Part shown: one piece after another, positions 22,487 to 34,114 of the stretch | How the letters are laid out: each line of letters begins with the position of its first letter | Position numbering within the stretch: the stretch's first letter is position 1 | From: Takakia lepidozioides | Lineage: Eukaryota; Plantae; Bryophyta | Length of the DNA stretch: 64,000 bases | Assembly (NCBI GenBank): GCA_030704615.1 | Contig: CM060731.1 | Coordinates: 62,868,001-62,932,000, forward strand | Direction of reading: 5' to 3' | The notes under the pieces: generated by a model | Databases searched by the model: none | Seen by the model: the letters and a program-made list of their open reading frames with translations, nothing else | What the model was told of the DNA's origin: nothing | Translations under genes and position numbers: made by a program

Positions 22487-24239
22487 CGCTGCAGAATGAA
22501 ACGAAGGTGCAAGGACAATGAGCGACAGATAGAAGTCCTATGAAAAGACTCACCCTAAGCAAGAAGAGAACACAGAATGGAATGGAAATACCGCAGCAAG
22601 TGAGAACCTCACCGAGCCGATGAACTTCGAGTTGTTACGAAGGCGAGCATGTTTGCGACACTTCGCGGCTCATCGCGACTCTCCACACCTGGGGAAGAAC
22701 GGTCGTCTTTCGTTACGGTGATGGAAACGCAAAGAGGAAAACAAAACAGTGCAAAACAGTGCGAAGAAACAGGCGCGAAGAGAATGGAGTCGATTGCATA
22801 GGGAACATGAGAAGAAAGTAGAAGTAGAAGGGGGAAAGCGGGCATGGCACTGCCAACGTGGCGCGATTTCACAGGCGCCAACTATCCGCCGTCATCGCAT
22901 TGAATACGTCCACCGAACGAACGCATCGTACTAAATTCATCCACGGTCCTCGCAAGTGCAGCAGACTCATTTCCCATCGGGCCGAGAGTCCAGCGGACCG
23001 CCAGTCCAGCGGACTATTCGCTTTGCTGAGGCGAAGCGGCTTCATATTGGAGGCATTTCCCTGCTAGCGGAATGAAGACAAAAGAGAGTAAGGGGAGAAC
23101 AGGAAAGTCGAACACATCCATTGGGAACAGACTCGCGGCACAACAGACTGATGCATGCACAGTCCAACAGACTGATATCCATAGAGGAGAACTGTCCAGC
23201 AGACGGACGTTTCACCAGACTGGCGGGAGAACAAGCCAAAAGATTGACCGGAGGGAAAATAAGAAGTCAGACAGACTTAGTGCAACAGACTTCCGACACA
23301 ACAGACTGACAAATTCACAAGTGCGACAAACTGATATCCCAACAGACGGACTTCCAGCAGACCGCCTCCAAACTGACTGTTATGCACGCGATAAGGGGAA
23401 TATCCGGAGCACTGACGGGCCAGCGGACCCACTGTGAAAAGACTCACGACACAACGGACCTCAAACATCCACGCGCATTTGCAGATGCAATTGTCTCAGC
23501 CTGGTCCGTCTCCTGGCAAATGCGACAATGTACCAATTCTGCACCTACTCCCGTCGTGGTTCAGACATCTGCATTCAGCAGGTGCGTGTGGATGTTTGAG
23601 GACCTTACGACTGGATGGTGTTCCGTGACGACTCGAATTGCTTTTTTGTGCTGCCATCCCTTATATAATACCATGTGGATCCATCACAAAGCTGGGTTTC
23701 TTCAGATTCTCCACCCTTTTCCACAACTTATGCACGACGGATGCAAGCCGCTATACTTGGTCACATAAACAGTCGCATCGTCCGATACGAAATCTGCAAT
23801 ACACGCCCCCATGTGCATACGCTTCCACCATTTTCGCCCATGTTACCCATGGGTTCCTTTAACGAACTAAACTTGTGAAGGCTCTCATGAGGGATGCAGT
23901 ACGAAGGGGCTAAACGTATCATGACAGATCACAAGCAGAGAACGTTATCGACGACAGATGTCCGCATTTTTCATATTTATGATATAGAACCAAACCATAA
24001 AACGAAGGTTCCCGAAAGCACAACAAGAAGGCAAAAATATAGTGGAAGCATATGCACGATGGTGGTTGTAGTGCCGAGACAGTCCTCTCATGTTAAGCAC
24101 ACGCTTCATCATCATCATGAACATCGCGCGCAAAAGAGGAACAGTCGCGTGCATGGAAATGCCTACCGCAACATCGGACAACAAACAGCCGTCAAAAGAG
24201 AGCGGCCGGGATTTGGTGGGAAGATCATTGCCATTTTCG

Positions 24240-24366
24240 CAGCCCTAAAAATGGAGGGCTCGGATGGGTTATGGGAATGAACGGTAGCGATCATGTGCCG
24301 TTAGCGGACTGGATGGCAGGGGACTGGCCAGCGGACTGGCGGGCAGACTGACGGATTGGCAGACTG
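24240..24366 (+). repeat. Internal direct copy of the element's right subterminal region
   Basis: cagccctaaaaatggaggg...ctcggatgggttatgggaatg...agcggactggatggcaggggactggccagcggactggcgggcagactg also occurs at ~32085-32206. Confidence 0.88.
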
Positions 24367-24399
24367 CTGGGCCAATCCGCACTGGTCTGCATTGGTGAT

Positions 24400-27300
24400 G
24401 GAGCGAGCAGTATTCGACATTGTTTTGCAGAATCCCAATGTCTTCAAAGTCCTATGGTGTGGGATCCCAACTGAAGACCGCATTGGCGCCATTGCTCATC
24501 TCGATGGAGCATGCCTGTGCCGGCAAATCAAGGACATTGGCCTCGTCGGAAATCTCTTGGAAGGTAAATGTTATGGGCAACTTTCGTGTTTCAGCTCAAT
24601 TTCTTTTGCCAACTTTTTTAGAAGTTCACATTTGCATAAATATGTGTTGCAGGGCGAGTTGATCTGGGAGACAAGCAAGTGCAGGCTGCTTTCGACTCTT
24701 TTGCCAGAGGTGCAAGGGACCTTATCCTGGCTTTATAAGGAGTTTGGGAGACTGTCTAGCAGACTGGCCACAAGAATGTCCAACAACATATTCCCCACGA
24801 CACATGTGGGCAGACTGCCCAAGTGCTGGAGACCGAGCATGTGCACCAGACCGTCCCAGGTAATAGGCCGGATCACTCCCAGCAGACTGCCCCGCACACA
24901 CATACTCAGTATGTGCAAACAGTACTGAGCGGGGCAGCGAACTTTGTAGACTTTGCAGCAGACCGAGAGAACAGACGGCCAACAGACTGCCCCTCAGCCG
25001 ACTGTGCAGCAGACCAGCGAACATGGCCACTAGACTGCCCCTCAGCAGACTGTACAACAGACCGTGCAGTAGACTGACGAATCCAGCAGCAGATTGCCCC
25101 TCAGTAGACTGTGCAGCACACTGGCGAACCCACTCAGCAGATGGCCGAGCAGACTATCCAGGAGACTAACAGCCAGTCTATTCCCTGGATTGTGCAACAG
25201 ACTCGAATGCACTGCCTCACCGGGACCCTGTGGACGAATTTCTGCTGAGTTCCCAACAACATGTTTTTGGACCTGCCAGTATGAGTGTTTTGACCGAGTC
25301 CACTTTTCCCCCAGGCACATTCACTGACGACGTCATCAGGTCACCGGTAAAGCATTCTTATCCAGCTCCCCGTGGCATGCATTCTATGACCTTCCAGCTT
25401 AGTCCCGTTTTCGTGCGCTCAGTGGCGAAAGCCATAGATGAATCTTACGTGATGACCGAACTCAATCTGGGAACGCAAAACCGTATCATAGATCTTACAG
25501 AAGAGTCTGAGGAAGCAATTGCTGGTGGGTCTTCCATACATGTTCTTGATGTTTCCCAAGTCCATGGAGATCCGAACACCCAGCCGGCTGTCCACCAGAC
25601 TGACCAGCACACTGAACAGTGGACACATGGAAGGACTGTCGAGCAACCTGTGGCAGGGCAGCATACTGTCTTCATTGATGAGCAGACTGAACCGCAGACT
25701 AACCAGCAGACTGCACAGGTCACAGATGGAAGGACTGACCAGGATGGCTCGGAGCGGCAGACTGCACAACTCAGCTCTGACTACACAGTTCAAACTGCAT
25801 GGCCTGACGAGCACACTGCACACTTCACAGAGGGAAGGACTGACGACCAACCTGCCACCGAGCACATTGCCCACATTGAGGAAGAGACTGAACCGCAGAG
25901 TTGCCAGCAGACTGCACAGTTCAAAGACGAAAGGACTGACGAAGAACCGCCGGCCGAGCAGACTGCCCACATTGAGCAACAGACTGAACATGCTGGCAGG
26001 CACACTGACAAGGAACCACATGCGACGCAGACACCGTCTGGTATAGCGCTGGATTACATGGAGTCTGCTCCCTCACCCCTTGGGCAGGTTGTGCCATTTC
26101 CTCTTTCAGCACTGTTGTTTATGTTTTAGCACATTGTGAAATTGGGCTAATTCGTCATTTTGCTCGGTATCCTCACAGGATGTTCGTCCCTCCGTCGGCA
26201 GACTGTCTACTTCTGAGGACATGACATCTTCCGCCCATGCTGCAAACGTGGGATCGACAACCAAGAAAGGTGTGGGGGTGAGCACGCGCCCCGATGCGCG
26301 GGTCAGTTCTACGCATGCGACCCATGAAGCTGCAAAGACAGGTCCAGCAAGTGTAAACAAACCTGCTGACCAGCCTCTGTTGCGAAGTAGGGCGGCAGCG
26401 CTGCGTTTGTCTGCTCTATCCAGCCCGCCTACAGCTGTCCCTGCTTCCCAGGGGAGAGGCAAAGCCAAGAAGCGGACTGTCGTGGACCATGCTGAGGAGG
26501 TCGAGGAGGGTCCGAGTACCAAGAGACCGGCGAAGAAAAAGTCTGGCGTCTTTATGAACAAGAACCGCAAGCTGGCCTTGGACATGAGACAAAGATGTGG
26601 GGTTTCCTGGAGCAGCACAGGTGTGTACTGTGCTCAGTCTCCTCGTCTGTCTTTGTCGTTAAGTGCTTTGCGCTCTGTTGTGGTCAGTCTGCACGCTGGT
26701 CAGTCTGCTGCTAGTTTCATCATTGTCTGTTGTGGTTAGTCTTGTCAGTCTGATGAATTGTTCAGCCTGTAGAGTGTTTGGTACCATGTTGACGTCAGTC
26801 TATTCAGTACATGAGGCTTCCCGAAGGATGGTCTGCTCTGTGCAGGATGGGTGCTCGGTTTGGCAAAGCACATGCTCTGCACGTGAATGGCGGTAAATTC
26901 CATGCTGATGTTTTTTGAAGGGGACCCACGGTTCGAATGCGGATTGTTGCCGGATGACATAAAGGTGCTCCAGAAGGTTGAGTCGGAGTGCACAGATAGA
27001 CTCCTGGAGCTGTGGTGTCGATTCTATGAGAAGTCGGTTGAGGCTGCGTTCACCAACATTATTGTTGTTCTTCCAACGTCGACGTGGACGGTGTTGAAGT
27101 CATTGGGGGTGGGGCAACGTGAAAGCCTTCTGGAGGTCTTGAAAGGTTGCCTCAGCACTGAACGACTGGACAAGGACTTGAAAGAGTGCGATTTCATTTT
27201 GGTGCCAATTGGGGACGAGTAAGAACTCTTCCGAGTCTGCTGAGACTGTCTCCTGAGTCATAGTCTGGTTTCGCAGTGTCGTCTTGACTCTGAGCGATTA

Positions 27301-27860
27301 AGTTGACCTTTGTATTTGTGCAGTGGACTGGTTTTGAAGATTGAGTCTGCTGAGTGGTCGGTCTGCTGAGTGTCAGTCTGCTGAGTCTGCCCATCATGAT
27401 TGTGCAATGACGCCATGTTGTTTGATACCATTGTAGGGGGCACTGGAGTGTTTGTATCATCGACCTCCGCAAGGGCTGTTACACTCACCTGAACTCTATC
27501 AGGGACTCGCATAAATGTCCTTTGTTCTAGGGTGGATTCGGAAGCTCATGCTGAGTGCTTAGGGTACTCGATGGACTCACCAGAGTGGCATGAGATTGTC
27601 CAAGCATTTCAGTTCCACGCGCCTGATGTGCCCCAGCAACCATTCAGCGGGAGAGTGTGGCTTTTACGTCATGTCAATTCATTCAAGTGTTTTATGAGTG
27701 GGTAAAAGTCAGAGCAAATGTCTCCAAGACTGCAAAGCTAGAGAGAGGAACACCTTTCACGAAGGACTGGTTTACTTTCAAGTTTGCATTTGGGCAGCGA
27801 ATGCAGTGTGCCCAGTATATCGTGCGGGGGTTGGACAATGTAGAGAAACTGCTCTCATGA
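24400..27860 (+). pseudogene. MULE-borne Ulp1-like (peptidase C48) gene with a long Q/T/E-rich N-terminal region, degenerate, multi-exon
   Basis: 'LKECDFILVPIGDE' (27178-27219) and 'VPQQP...ECGFYVMS' (~27628-27675, frameshifted) match C48 protease blocks. The upstream ORFs 25230-26129 and 26221-26620 are low-complexity or basic. The catalytic His could not be identified. Confidence 0.55.
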
Positions 27861-28504
27861 GTATGATGTACTTGTCCTGTGAAGTCTATGTACCGAAATA
27901 AAAAATGCGAGTCTTTTTGCTTACTATTCCAGTGGTGATGAGCACTTTGTGTACTGTGGGTGCTGGCATGTTTGTAATATTGTCACTAAACTCAATGGAC
28001 ACAATGGTGTCAATTTTTCCATGCATTGTGCACCCGAGTCTGCTGAGCTTGAATGTACGAGCAGTACGCTGCCGAGGCTAGGACTGGTGGGTCTGGTACC
28101 TAGTCTGGTAGGCACCATGTCCATGAGTCCGCTGGGACGCTGGATTGGCATGAGTCGTTAGGGAGGTAGTCCACTGGAGCCTGTCCATTTTGAGTCTGAT
28201 GTTGTGGATGAATCTGCTTGAGACTTAGTCTGTCCAGCAGTCTGTTGGAGGAGTTGTAGGGATGAGGTGGAAGTGTGGTGAGCAGACTTTTGGAGTGGGC
28301 AGCAGACAGACCAGCAGACTGGCTTACTGGCGCTCGCAGTCTGTTGACTGTGACTCTGTTGGGAGACTGTGCGTGAGTCCGTTGGGAGATTATGCTTGGG
28401 AGACTATGTGGGAGTCAGTTGGGAGACTGGAGGAGTCCGTTGGGAGACTGTGCATTAGTCCATTGCGGACTTGTATTTCAGAAAGGGACAATGCTACCAG
28501 AGGA

Positions 28505-28624
28505 ATTGCAGACTTATATTGTCTTCTTCGTGACACCTACACGACGTGAAACCTTGTCTCTTTTCGAGGCATTGCAGACTTATATTGTCTTCTTCGTGAC
28601 ATCTACACGACCTGAAACCTTGCC
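28505..28624. repeat. 66-bp-period tandem duplication
   Basis: attgcagacttatattgtcttcttcgtgaca(c/t)ctacacgac(g/c)tgaaaccttg occurs twice. Confidence 0.85.
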
Positions 28625-31600
28625 AATTTTTGAGTATATATGTGCTGCAGGTGCAGGTGCAGACACCCTCTTGCTGGTTCTCCGCAAAACCCTAGGCCGG
28701 GTTTTCCAGGCCTCCATGAAATCTCGTCTCTTTTTCAAAGACATGTTGTTGTTGTCGTTCAGAGGACGGAAAGCCTTCGCTGCCGCAGGGTGCAACATTC
28801 CAGCCGCACTTTTCGCCATGATATCAACGAGCTGCCCTCTGCACATATGAAGAGCAGATCGGGCATGTGCCTCTAGGTATTTGTCATCACCTACAATGCG
28901 AAGTATGTCCGCGAATTCTTGTTCATTGAGGCTGAGACCTCCAGAGGTGCCTCGTCGTAGGGGAAGTCGTCCGGAGGGTGTCTTTCCATGAACTGATTGG
29001 ATTCGTTGTTGCCGTTGGCACCATTGCCCAAGAGCAAGTTAGGTAATCCTCCATGAATGGTTCCCAGCGCCGTGCCACAAGCGCGCACAAGGAGGCCATC
29101 CTGCAGGTCAGGGTGAAGCATCTTCAGGACACAGACTGATGCATAAGTTTCCTTCATTGATGGGCACGTGCAACAACCCCAATCGCAATCAGGATTGTCG
29201 GTAAAAAATGTATGTTGTTGCCGGGGTGGTAATGCTGAGAACGTAGGCTGGTTCACCAGGACCCAAGGGAGAGTAGTAACACTCTCAGCAGGAATGTCTC
29301 GTGCCGCAGTATAGAACTGGATATGTACTTTTCGTGTTTGTCATTTCTTATGAAACCGTGGGTTTCAAATGGATTGCGTACCAGTAGTGTGTTAGCACAT
29401 GGCCAGTGAGTTCCCATATAAGCCAGTCCACTCTCCGACCACTCATCTTGTCTTTCCCCATGACAAGTCTTGCCTTCAGATTTCCATGGTAGGCCTCAAT
29501 GTTTGCGTTTATGTCTTGGCTAGCATGAGGGACATGGCGGCTGCTGTACACCATATTGCTATTTGGGCTTCAGACTGTTCGATATAGTCAAGAAATTCAT
29601 GTCCTTGCGGGTATTTTGACCTCATACGAAGGATTCTCCTTGCAACCCACCGAAGCGCTCTTTTTCGTTGCGTGGTCCCCCCTAAATACATGAGGTCTCC
29701 CATATCCTCAACAAGTTTACAGCGGTCACCGGATCCTTCGTTTTCTTGCATGATTGCTTCATCCATGCCTTGCGGACATGCAAAGGCAAGGAAAATGAGT
29801 ACTCCTTCAAAAAAACAATATGCACAACACACATGGTACACATTTAGAGTCTTGGGATCGGACTGCACTGGTGACTGCTGGAGTGGACTGTAACAGCAAC
29901 CTGTATCAAGCGGCAGAGCCACTAGACTCGCCTAGTGGACAGTACAATGCCATGACGTTGATGGGTTTGGAAGAACCCATTGGACTACCCAGTGGACTTC
30001 CCTATTAGACTTCCCCTAGATAGGACTGGGGCAGCGGACTACATTAGCGGACTGCCCCATTGGACTGCATAGCGGACTGCCGATGTGGACTTGGTAGTGG
30101 ATGGCCGACCCCGGGACTGCTGAGTGGATTGGCAGAGGATGCCGAGCGGACTTGCCGGGGGGGAGGGTGGGACTGCCAGGGACTCAAGGGATGATGAGCG
30201 GACTTGACAGCGGACTACCAGTGGATTTGCCCAGCGAACTGCCATCGGGTTTTGCCATAGGAGTCTGCCAGTGGAATTTAGCAATGGACTGTTGCAGTGG
30301 ACCTCGATAATGGACCGGTGTTGGGACCAACAGACTTACCGAATAGCGTTGGTGATTTTTGCTTCGGCATGTCCACAATGAGTGCATTGGGTCGCCAGCT
30401 CGGCAAATCTGCGAGGAGTGAATAGCGCAAGGCTATCATACACGGAAAGGAACCAGGTCTCTTTTCCGATTCCTCGCGGATAGGATATAGACAACTGGTA
30501 TACGTTCAACCACTCGTCGAAGACCATCAAAGTGTACAAGGGAACTGTTGGAATGAAAATGTAAAGATGGTCAGAGCATGCAAATTCGTCAGTTCTACAC
30601 GAGAAGACTTCATAAGAGTGATGAGGTCTTGCAGCGGTTCACAATGGGTCTGCCCCTCGGTCTTCCGCAACGTACACATGAAACATACCAAAAGGGTCAG
30701 CACACCAAAAATTTATGTAGATGTTGCATGCTATCATGCTCGTACAAGTCCATGGATCGTTTCGAATAGTACCTTGTCATGATTTGTCCAAAGGTGGACA
30801 TCACATGCAACGATACGGTCATGTCTAGTTCCAGCATTCGTCGTTTTGCCACAGAGCGTATGCCAATAGTGAATGTCAAATCTCCATCAAATGTCCGAAT
30901 GTTGGCTCTAATTTCTCCTCTTGATAGAAAAAACGGACGCAGGATTCTGGTCTCTCCACATGTGTACACTCTCTGCTCATTGGGCTGCTTTTTGAAGGTT
31001 TGACACGCACGTTTCTCGGAAAGGTTGCGAACATCTTGCTCCAATAGAAAATATGGGGGTCCATGCATCGCCTAAGCCGGTGTTGTAATCACTGTCTTTA
31101 TGCTCACATGATGATTGGGGACCGACAGCCTCAGCACAAAACAATCGAAGACCCAGGCTTTTCAATCCTCGATAATGTGTGGTGATAGGCGCGGGGGGTG
31201 TTCCTGAACTCTGCGGACTTCCCATGCGAGGGTTTTCCTTGCGCATCTGTATGCTCCATGTTGTTGTAGTACGCGAGGACACAAATGTCAGGGGCGAGAT
31301 AACATGGCTGGACCTTTGAAACCAGATTGGCAACCAGTTGTAAGACTTTTACATACTCTGATTTCTTTCTCCTTGGGCCTTTAGGGAGGGCAAGATGTTC
31401 CGCACCCACAAGAGGTCCTCCACGCTTCTGTTTTGGATCCTCCACTTGCCTTGTTGGTGCGTTTGTCACAGGACCGTCTTAGCAGATGATACCTGGACAG
31501 AAAATTCTAAAATTGATATCCAACGACTTGAGGGAAGCATAAAATCAGAGAACTCGTGAAACAAAAAATGGCAACAGACATGCAATGAAACGTCAAAAAG

Positions 31601-31869
31601 ACTGAGGATTGTGCACACATAATACTGGACATAAATGTGTTGGCTCTGGGTGCTTTTCGCGAGCCGGGTTCCACTTTAGAATGGACATTCACCCAAAACT
31701 GAGTGGGGTAGTCCTCCAAACTCTCCTCTCCCAGGACGAAGTCACCAACTCTATCCCAAGGTATGCAGGCCTTTTCAACATTCACTCGCACATCCATAAA
31801 TCCATATTGCGTCTCACGCTTCCAATGGAGATCCTTCTTGTTGAAGGGTCCTGGTTTTGCTGTTTGCAA
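28580..31869 (-). pseudogene. MULE transposase with SWIM zinc finger (AT4G13970/AT1G60560-like), multi-exon, frameshifted
   Basis: Ordered blocks: IPWDRVGDFVLGEE..YPTQF; AYYNNMEHTDAQGKPSHG; FTIGI...STFG; LYTLMVFD; ASQDINANIEAYHGNLKARL...RRVDWLIWEL; NPDCDWGCCTCP (SWIM, degenerate). Confidence 0.82.
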
Positions 31870-32953
31870 ACATTGTCGAAGAGGCCGTAAGCGGGCTTTC
31901 CGTGATCAGTATATCATCGGGTTTTGCTTCCACGTCCATGCCCTATACAGTACAAAGGACACGCTTTTGAACATGCAAGAAACGTGCCACAATACAGGAC
32001 ACGATCGACAACGTGCCAGGAGAACAGTGCGCACGTTCGCGGCTGCCAGCAAGTGGCAGGCGGCAGGGATGCAGGTTTGAATTGCAGCCCTAAAAATGGA
32101 GGGCTCGGATGGGTTATGGGAATGGACGGTGGCGATCCTGCGCCGTCAGCGGACTGGATGGCAGGGGACTGGCCAGCGGACTGGCGGGCAGACTGGCGGA
32201 CTGGCCAGCACCGAACTGGCGGGCAGATAGGCGGACTGGCAGACTGGAGGGCAGCGGACTCATGGGCGGGGGACTGGCCGCACGGCGGACGAGGACGCGG
32301 GCGCGGTTGCTGCAGGCGGGGGCGGGCATGGTGCCGGGGAGCCGGGGTCCGTACGTGCATTGGCCACATCGCACGTGCCCATTGAAGACCCTATTATCTT
32401 AAAATGAGAGGCCCCTTCTCACCCCAATTTATTTGAAGATAACCCGATTAGATCACACCGGGAAGCCAAAGTGAAAACTCGGGGCCAAAGTCCACCAGCT
32501 CGGCTGAATTCCTGGGTAGCCTGCTGGCACAATTTTCTCTGCAGTGGATCAGGTCGTCGTATCCGTCGCCTATAAATCTGGAGCAAACCTGCATGGTGGC
32601 GTTAGGTGTCACTCGTCTCCAGCATCAGGTTTTGGAAGGGGGCTTGAATCAGCCATCGCAATCCGGCAACAAGGCACACTCGGGGTCTTCTCTCCAGGTA
32701 TGCTGTAGTGGCTGGACCACAACACATTGGAGGATTTGGTGTTCGATGTGTCTGGGTGGGTGTGATTGAAATGTAGCTTGTGTTGGTGGGATGGCAACGT
32801 CATGGTGAGAACAGAATGCCGAGTCATGATCTCTCGTCTCGGCAAAAAACCGTTCCTATGCGAAGTGAACACTGGCGTCGAGTCGGTTGCCCCAATTACA
32901 GTGTGGATCCGATACAGAGGAATGAAATGGTACTCTTTTGTTCGTGTGCTTAC

Positions 32954-32955
<2 letters not shown>

Positions 32956-33021
<66 letters not shown>
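32956..33021. repeat. (GA)n microsatellite
   Basis: Directly visible. Confidence 0.95.
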
Positions 33022-33024
<3 letters not shown>

Positions 33025-33420
33025 TGATATCTATCCAAGCGCATTCAAGTTAAAATTGAATCCCCTCGCTCTGCCCTTGGACAAAAAGCGATTTTCCAGT
33101 TGATATGGCCTATGAGCTGCTTGCTCCTTCCCAAGTTGGATATGGACGGTCGGTGTGTCATTCTATCAGCTAGGTGGCAGCCTAGCAGGTTTTGAAAAGC
33201 TGACAAGAGTGGGTGCTTCCAATATTCCATGCCCAACGTCTCCAGGTCCTGGGGGGTCTCACCGCCTGTCTCTGAGCCCCCTTCCGCATTGCTCCAGATT
33301 TTGTCAGACTTTACAGTTTGTGCCATTTAAACTGTGAAGTTCTTCGGACCTCTTGTTGAGTTGTTCTGATTTTGTTTCGATCTTCGGCGCAGATAACAAT
33401 TCACCAACGCTCTGATAGAA

Positions 33421-34032
33421 ATGGCCCGACAAATTGTACAGCTTCTGGCGTTGTTCGCTCTGGTATACGTAGCACAGGCCTCAGACCCGGAGCTGACCAC
33501 TGACTTCTTCGTGCCTGCTGGTACCAGTGTCACAAATGTCACCGGCCAGTATTTCACCTTCGTTGGCTTGAGAGGAGGAGGCGTGCCACCCGTCGCACCA
33601 GCTAAGTTTGCTATAACCAAAGTCAATAGTGAAAACTTCGTGGCTCTCACAGGCCTGGGCGTCTCATCGGCCCTTCTCACCTACCTGCCTGGCGGAATCA
33701 ACCCACCCCATACCCACCCCAGAGGAACTGAGTTGTTGTACGTTCTTCAGGGGACTTTACATGTGGGTTTGGTCGACACTGCCAACAAGCTGTTCACTCA
33801 GACCCTCTTAGCTGGTGATCTCTTTGTGTTCCCCAAGGGATTGGTTCATTTCCAAATCAACTTGGGCTCCAAGACAGCCAAGGCATATGCCGCCTTCAGT
33901 AGCTCAAGCCCCGGCACAGTTTCTCTCCCTGCCACACTTTTTGAGTCTGGCATCTCTGATAAAGTTCTTGAGACAGCCTTCAAAGTAGGACATCCTGTCA
34001 TTGAGCAATTGGAGGCTCCTTTCAAGAAGTAG
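33421..34032 (+). CDS. GLP: Germin-like protein, second copy
   Basis: Same protein as 15127-15738 except for one K/Q residue (cttaag versus cttcag). Confidence 0.95.
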   Translation: MARQIVQLLALFALVYVAQASDPELTTDFFVPAGTSVTNVTGQYFTFVGLRGGGVPPVAPAKFAITKVNSENFVALTGLGVSSALLTYLPGGINPPHTHPRGTELLYVLQGTLHVGLVDTANKLFTQTLLAGDLFVFPKGLVHFQINLGSKTAKAYAAFSSSSPGTVSLPATLFESGISDKVLETAFKVGHPVIEQLEAPFKK

Positions 34033-34043
34033 AGTTAGAACTA

Positions 34044-34114
34044 TGATCTTTGTAGGTTCTGAACATGTAGCTCGGCTGTAAATTTTTAGGGATGTTCAGA
34101 ACCTACAAAGATCA
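34044..34114. other. Perfect 23-bp inverted repeat in the 3' UTR of the second GLP
   Basis: Same arms as 15750-15820. The one difference seen lies in the loop. Confidence 0.9.

Larger units (their letters stand above)
20003..32412 (-). mobile_element. Mutator-like (MULE) DNA transposon, 12.4 kb, long GC-rich TIRs
   Basis: The terminal ~50 bp are exact inverted repeats (gcctctcattttaagataatagggtcttcaatgggcacgtgcgatgtggcc), with imperfect continuation over ~20003-20272 versus ~32200-32412. An internal SWIM transposase and an Ulp1-like remnant are present. No clean TSD is visible. Confidence 0.88.

Noticed and set aside
31914-32402. GC-rich R/P/G ORFs at the MULE ends (also 19820-20486)
   Set aside because: They are shadow ORFs of the GC-rich TIRs.
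19990-32426. ctcacctca / ctcacccca as a 9-bp MULE TSD
   Set aside because: It has one mismatch and is offset 4-5 nt from the TIR ends by non-complementary bases. Suggestive only.
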